From positions 1 to 64,000 of the forward strand of contig CBDAVP010000016.1 in assembly GCA_965201075.1 (NCBI GenBank): a stretch of DNA of 64,000 bases. Direction: 5' to 3'. The translations under genes and the position numbers were made by a program. Numbering within the stretch: the first letter of the stretch is position 1; each line of letters begins with the position of its first letter. A model generated the notes under the pieces. That model did no database searches. It saw only the letters and a program-made list of their open reading frames with translations, and was not told the origin of the DNA. Below are positions 60,568 through 64,000 of this stretch, piece by piece. The DNA comes from Isosphaeraceae bacterium. GTDB taxonomy: Bacteria; Planctomycetota; Planctomycetia; Isosphaerales; Isosphaeraceae.

Positions 60568-62133
60568 TCAATCCTTCCGGGTCGGTGACTCGGGGGCCAA
60601 CGACCTGGCGAGTTCCCAGAAGCGGGTGCCATGGTCGACTTTCCGCTCGTCCACTTCCCGACCGTCCTGGTTCCTTATACTGGCGACCGACGGAGACGGA
60701 GGCCGGAGGGTTGCGAACATCTGGCCACTCGTCACATCCCACAACTCGACCGAGAAGTCCTCACCGAGGTGGAATGTCGCCGCGATTCGGCCGTCGTCCG
60801 ACAGGCCCGCCGCCGAAGCCGTGGCCGCCGGGCGAAAGTGGGCAACCCGCTCCAGTCGGGCCGTATCCCAAACGCTTACGGCTCCATCCCGAAGATCGAA
60901 AGTGAGAAATCGCCCACCCCCCTGGCTGATCGAGTCGCGCAAGGGTCGGATCGCCTGCCCAGGGAGATCCTTGAGCAACTTCCCATGCCGCCCGTCCCAG
61001 ACCCGAACCCCCTCGTCGGAGGCCGTGACCAGCAGGCCGGACTCGTTGAAGAATGCAAGATCATGGATCGGTCCTTGGTTCCTCAAGACTGCGATCGGGT
61101 CCTTCTGCTCCTGGTTCCACAGCTTCGCCGTCCCGTCCTTGTAGGACACTGCCTCGCGATCGGTGAAATGGGCATCACCACGGTCGTCCAAAAGTGAGGG
61201 TAGGCGACCGATCGTGGCGTGGGTGTAGTCTCGCATCCGTTCCTCGCTCACGAACGGGAATGTCTCGGGCCTGGGGTTCGTCTTCCCCACGGCGGCCGCG
61301 GCGGGGGTCTGGGCCGGCGTGCCCGAGAGCCCCCAACCCGCCAACAGGCCGATCCCACAAATGGCCGCCGCCGCGAACGAGCCGAGCTTGGACATCAAGG
61401 CCTCCTGGAAGAACATTTTCACCAAACCGACAATCGCCGGGGACATCGCCCCGACGCCTTGGCCGACAGTCAATGGGGACGCCACCGCCTCCCTGGCGAA
61501 CGCGGCCGTCATCGCTCCGAGCGCGGGGGTCAGTCCCCGGCGGACGAGGCGACCCCGCAACCGTTCGCGTCCGCGTGCCAGGCGACTCCCGATCGTCCCG
61601 ATGGGGCATCCGAGGTGGCGTGCCGCCTCCGCGCAGGTCTGGCCTTCCAGGTCACAGAGGATGATCGGCAACCGGTAGCGATCGGGAAGTCGATCCAGTT
61701 CCTCGTGGACCACCCGGATCAGTTCCTCGGAACCCTCGGGAGCCCGAGGGGCCGTTTCGGCAAGCCGCCTTGCGAGGGACAGGCTTCGAATCTTCTTGGC
61801 CCGAGCTTGCCCCGCCACCCGAGTCGCGACCCGATGCAGCCATGGCCCGAGCGAGTCGCGAACCCACAGCGACCGCCCTTTGCGGACCAGGATCAGGAAC
61901 GTGGCCTGGTAGGCGTCCATCGCCTCGTGGTCATCGCGCAGGACGCCCCGACAGGTGCGCAGGACCATCGGGCCATGCCGCTCGACCAGGACCGCGAAGG
62001 CCACCTCGGCCGCATCTCCGTGGCCCGTCGCGTACCGTTCCAGGAGCTGGCCATCGGCCATCCCGCTGGTCGTCCCTTCCTCGAAGAGTGCCCGGAGGAA
62101 CAGGCCCGAAGCTCGGCCCGGTTGTCGCGTCAC
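60568..62133 (-). CDS. ECF sigma-70 factor with a TM helix and WD40-like C-terminal extension
   Basis: AFAVLVERHGPMV, DAYQATFLIL, LPDRYRLPIILC, LGCPIGTIGSRLARGR, a TM segment, then repeated xxxWD strands; GGAGG RBS before the GTG. Confidence 0.88.
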   Translation of the reverse strand: MTRQPGRASGLFLRALFEEGTTSGMADGQLLERYATGHGDAAEVAFAVLVERHGPMVLRTCRGVLRDDHEAMDAYQATFLILVRKGRSLWVRDSLGPWLHRVATRVAGQARAKKIRSLSLARRLAETAPRAPEGSEELIRVVHEELDRLPDRYRLPIILCDLEGQTCAEAARHLGCPIGTIGSRLARGRERLRGRLVRRGLTPALGAMTAAFAREAVASPLTVGQGVGAMSPAIVGLVKMFFQEALMSKLGSFAAAAICGIGLLAGWGLSGTPAQTPAAAAVGKTNPRPETFPFVSEERMRDYTHATIGRLPSLLDDRGDAHFTDREAVSYKDGTAKLWNQEQKDPIAVLRNQGPIHDLAFFNESGLLVTASDEGVRVWDGRHGKLLKDLPGQAIRPLRDSISQGGGRFLTFDLRDGAVSVWDTARLERVAHFRPAATASAAGLSDDGRIAATFHLGEDFSVELWDVTSGQMFATLRPPSPSVASIRNQDGREVDERKVDHGTRFWELARSLAPESPTRKD

Positions 62134-62397
62134 ATCCTCACCTCCCGCCCGACAAGACCGCTCATGCGAATAGAAAGGTGGGCGGACGGCGAGTTTATCC
62201 CGATATCTCCCCTCCCCGTCGGCCCTTTCGTCGTTCCGCCCGTTTGGGCCGGCGCATCGCCGAGGAACCCCGGCTTCCGACCTCGGACCGGCCCGCTTTC
62301 TGACTCGCTGTGGAACGCGCACGAAAACGCCCGGTCGGTTCCCGAGGATTGGGAGCCGACCGGGCTCGTCATCGCGACGCTTCGGGCCGCGGGCCCG

Positions 62398-64000
62398 TCA
62401 CTTCGCCGCGGGCTTGCGCTCCGTCAGGCCGACGTCGATGAACTGGCCGCCAACCGTCTGGTGGCAGTGGACCGCCATGACGTTGCCGGTCGGCTTGAGC
62501 GTGGCGAGGGCTTCGGGGGCGATCATCGCCTCCTCGTAGTCGGAGACGTGGCCTTTCAGCTTCGCCGCGACGACCCCGTTGAGGTAGATCTCGGCGTCCT
62601 CGTCGTGGTGGACGACCAACGCGAGCTTGTCGTGGTTGGCCTTGCCCAGATCAAAGCCGCGGCGGATCCAGACGTCGGGACCCGACCACTTGGTTCCCAC
62701 CGACGAACCCGGGGTTTCCTCGGTCCCGAAACCTCCGGGGGCCTCCTTCCACGACGAGTCATCGAACCCCGGCAGCTCCCAGCCGGCCGCCGGCGCCGAG
62801 ATGGTCATCCGCCACTTCGCCGGCTGGTCGCGAGAGGTCGGCACGACCTCGACGTCGGTGGGCAGGTCAACCGTCTCTCCCAGGTTGGCCGCTCGGGTCC
62901 TGGAAGGGTCGACCTTGATGACCTCGCGGTCGTAGGTCAACAGGCCGTTGCACTCGGTCTCCACGTCGGTCAACTGCGTGTAGACCACGGCGCTAAGGCC
63001 CGGGTCGTCCTTCAGGGCGTACGACTTCTGGAGCAGTCGCTGGTACTTGACCGTCAGGTCCTCGGCCCCGGCCGTCCCTCGGTATCCCCAGGACTCCTTG
63101 GACCAGGTGTGACCCGGCAACGCCAAGCCCAGCCCGCCGAACTCACCCAGCACCGCGGCCCGCTTGGGTTCGGGGTGGAACGACCCGGGGCCGGGGTACT
63201 TGTGCATGTCGTGGACGTCGCCCACCCCCGCGCGGTCCGTCCAGCCGCTAGCGCAATCGACCAGCCGAGACGGGTCATACGCCTTGGTCCACTCCGTCAC
63301 CTTGGCCGTGTCGAACTGGCCCCACCCTTCGTTGAAGACCACCCACATGACAATGCTGGGGTGATTGCGCAGGCCGTCGATCATCGCCTTCAGTTCGTTG
63401 CGATAAATCTCGGCCGACTCGGGCGAACGCTTCAGGTCGTCATCGTCGGGGCTGATCCCCTTGTCTCCGGCGGGCATGTCCTGCCAGACGATCAGGCCCA
63501 GGCGGTCACACCAGTAGTACCAGCGGTCGGGCTCGACCTTGACGTGCTTGCGAGTCATGTTGAACCCGAGTTGCTTGGTGACCTCAACGTCATATTTCAA
63601 AGCCGCGTCGGTGGGAGCGGTGTACAACCCGTCGGGCCAGTACCCCTGGTCCAGCGGCCCGACCTGAAATAGCGGTTTGCCGTTGAGCAGTAGCCGGGTC
63701 GTTCCCTTTTCGTCCGGACCCACGGCGATCGACCTCATGCCGAAATAGCTGCCAACCTGGTCGGCATCCTCGTTGTCGCCGCCCAGGCGGACTTCCAGCG
63801 AATACAAGGTGGGCGAGTCTGGGCTCCACGGCTTCGCGTCGGGGATCGCCAACTCCAAGGGCTGGCCCTCCACCCCACTCCCCCGGGCGACCGTCGTCTC
63901 GCCGTCCATGACCTTGACGGCAATCGGGAACGGTCGTGACCGAGTATTGAGATCTCCCGACTCGGCCGTGACGCGGACCTTGCCCGCGGCGAGGTCGGGC
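62398..64000 (-). CDS. Glycoside hydrolase family 2 (partial; 5' end beyond the window)
   Basis: GPLDQGYWPDGLYTAP, GFNMTRKHVK, WVVFNEGWGQ, LGEFGG and YTQLTDVETECNG motifs. Confidence 0.92.
   Translation of the reverse strand, partial: PDLAAGKVRVTAESGDLNTRSRPFPIAVKVMDGETTVARGSGVEGQPLELAIPDAKPWSPDSPTLYSLEVRLGGDNEDADQVGSYFGMRSIAVGPDEKGTTRLLLNGKPLFQVGPLDQGYWPDGLYTAPTDAALKYDVEVTKQLGFNMTRKHVKVEPDRWYYWCDRLGLIVWQDMPAGDKGISPDDDDLKRSPESAEIYRNELKAMIDGLRNHPSIVMWVVFNEGWGQFDTAKVTEWTKAYDPSRLVDCASGWTDRAGVGDVHDMHKYPGPGSFHPEPKRAAVLGEFGGLGLALPGHTWSKESWGYRGTAGAEDLTVKYQRLLQKSYALKDDPGLSAVVYTQLTDVETECNGLLTYDREVIKVDPSRTRAANLGETVDLPTDVEVVPTSRDQPAKWRMTISAPAAGWELPGFDDSSWKEAPGGFGTEETPGSSVGTKWSGPDVWIRRGFDLGKANHDKLALVVHHDEDAEIYLNGVVAAKLKGHVSDYEEAMIAPEALATLKPTGNVMAVHCHQTVGGQFIDVGLTERKPAAK

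Overview
This high-GC bacterial window is most likely from a planctomycete of the Isosphaeraceae type. That assignment is inferred from the PEP-CTERM protein, the DUF1559 prepilin, the ECF sigma factor with a TM+WD40 extension and the spd-type EF-G. From left to right the window holds: a REP-like repeat-flanked mscS/DUF2254 pair; two convergent broken genes (a GH32 fragment and a truncated NirA-like reductase); small stress/hypothetical genes; tRNA-Met(CAT); a PEP-CTERM protein; a 7-gene amino-sugar/lipid-carrier glycosylation operon (wbqC, GT2, methyltransferase, acyltransferase, beta-propeller, wecE, membrane transferase); a tightly coupled 3-gene operon; a Tat oxidoreductase; a PIN toxin-antitoxin pair; a GT-C/flippase pair; PPIase, PIN-TRAM and HIT genes; fusA; ppdK; a ~21 kb type IV filament locus; an ECF sigma factor; and a partial GH2. 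The 3-gene operon encodes a putative winged-helix protein, a P-loop ATPase and an Fe-S PD-(D/E)XK nuclease fused to a HerA-like ATPase. It is the best candidate for an undescribed (probably anti-phage or DNA-processing) system. The filament locus (pilB-pilT-pilB-pilC) is followed by seven unusually large prepilin-like proteins, one of ~2010 aa. GC skew on the + strand appears to flip from G-rich to C-rich at roughly 40-46 kb. All family calls come from motif recognition by eye; no database searches were run.
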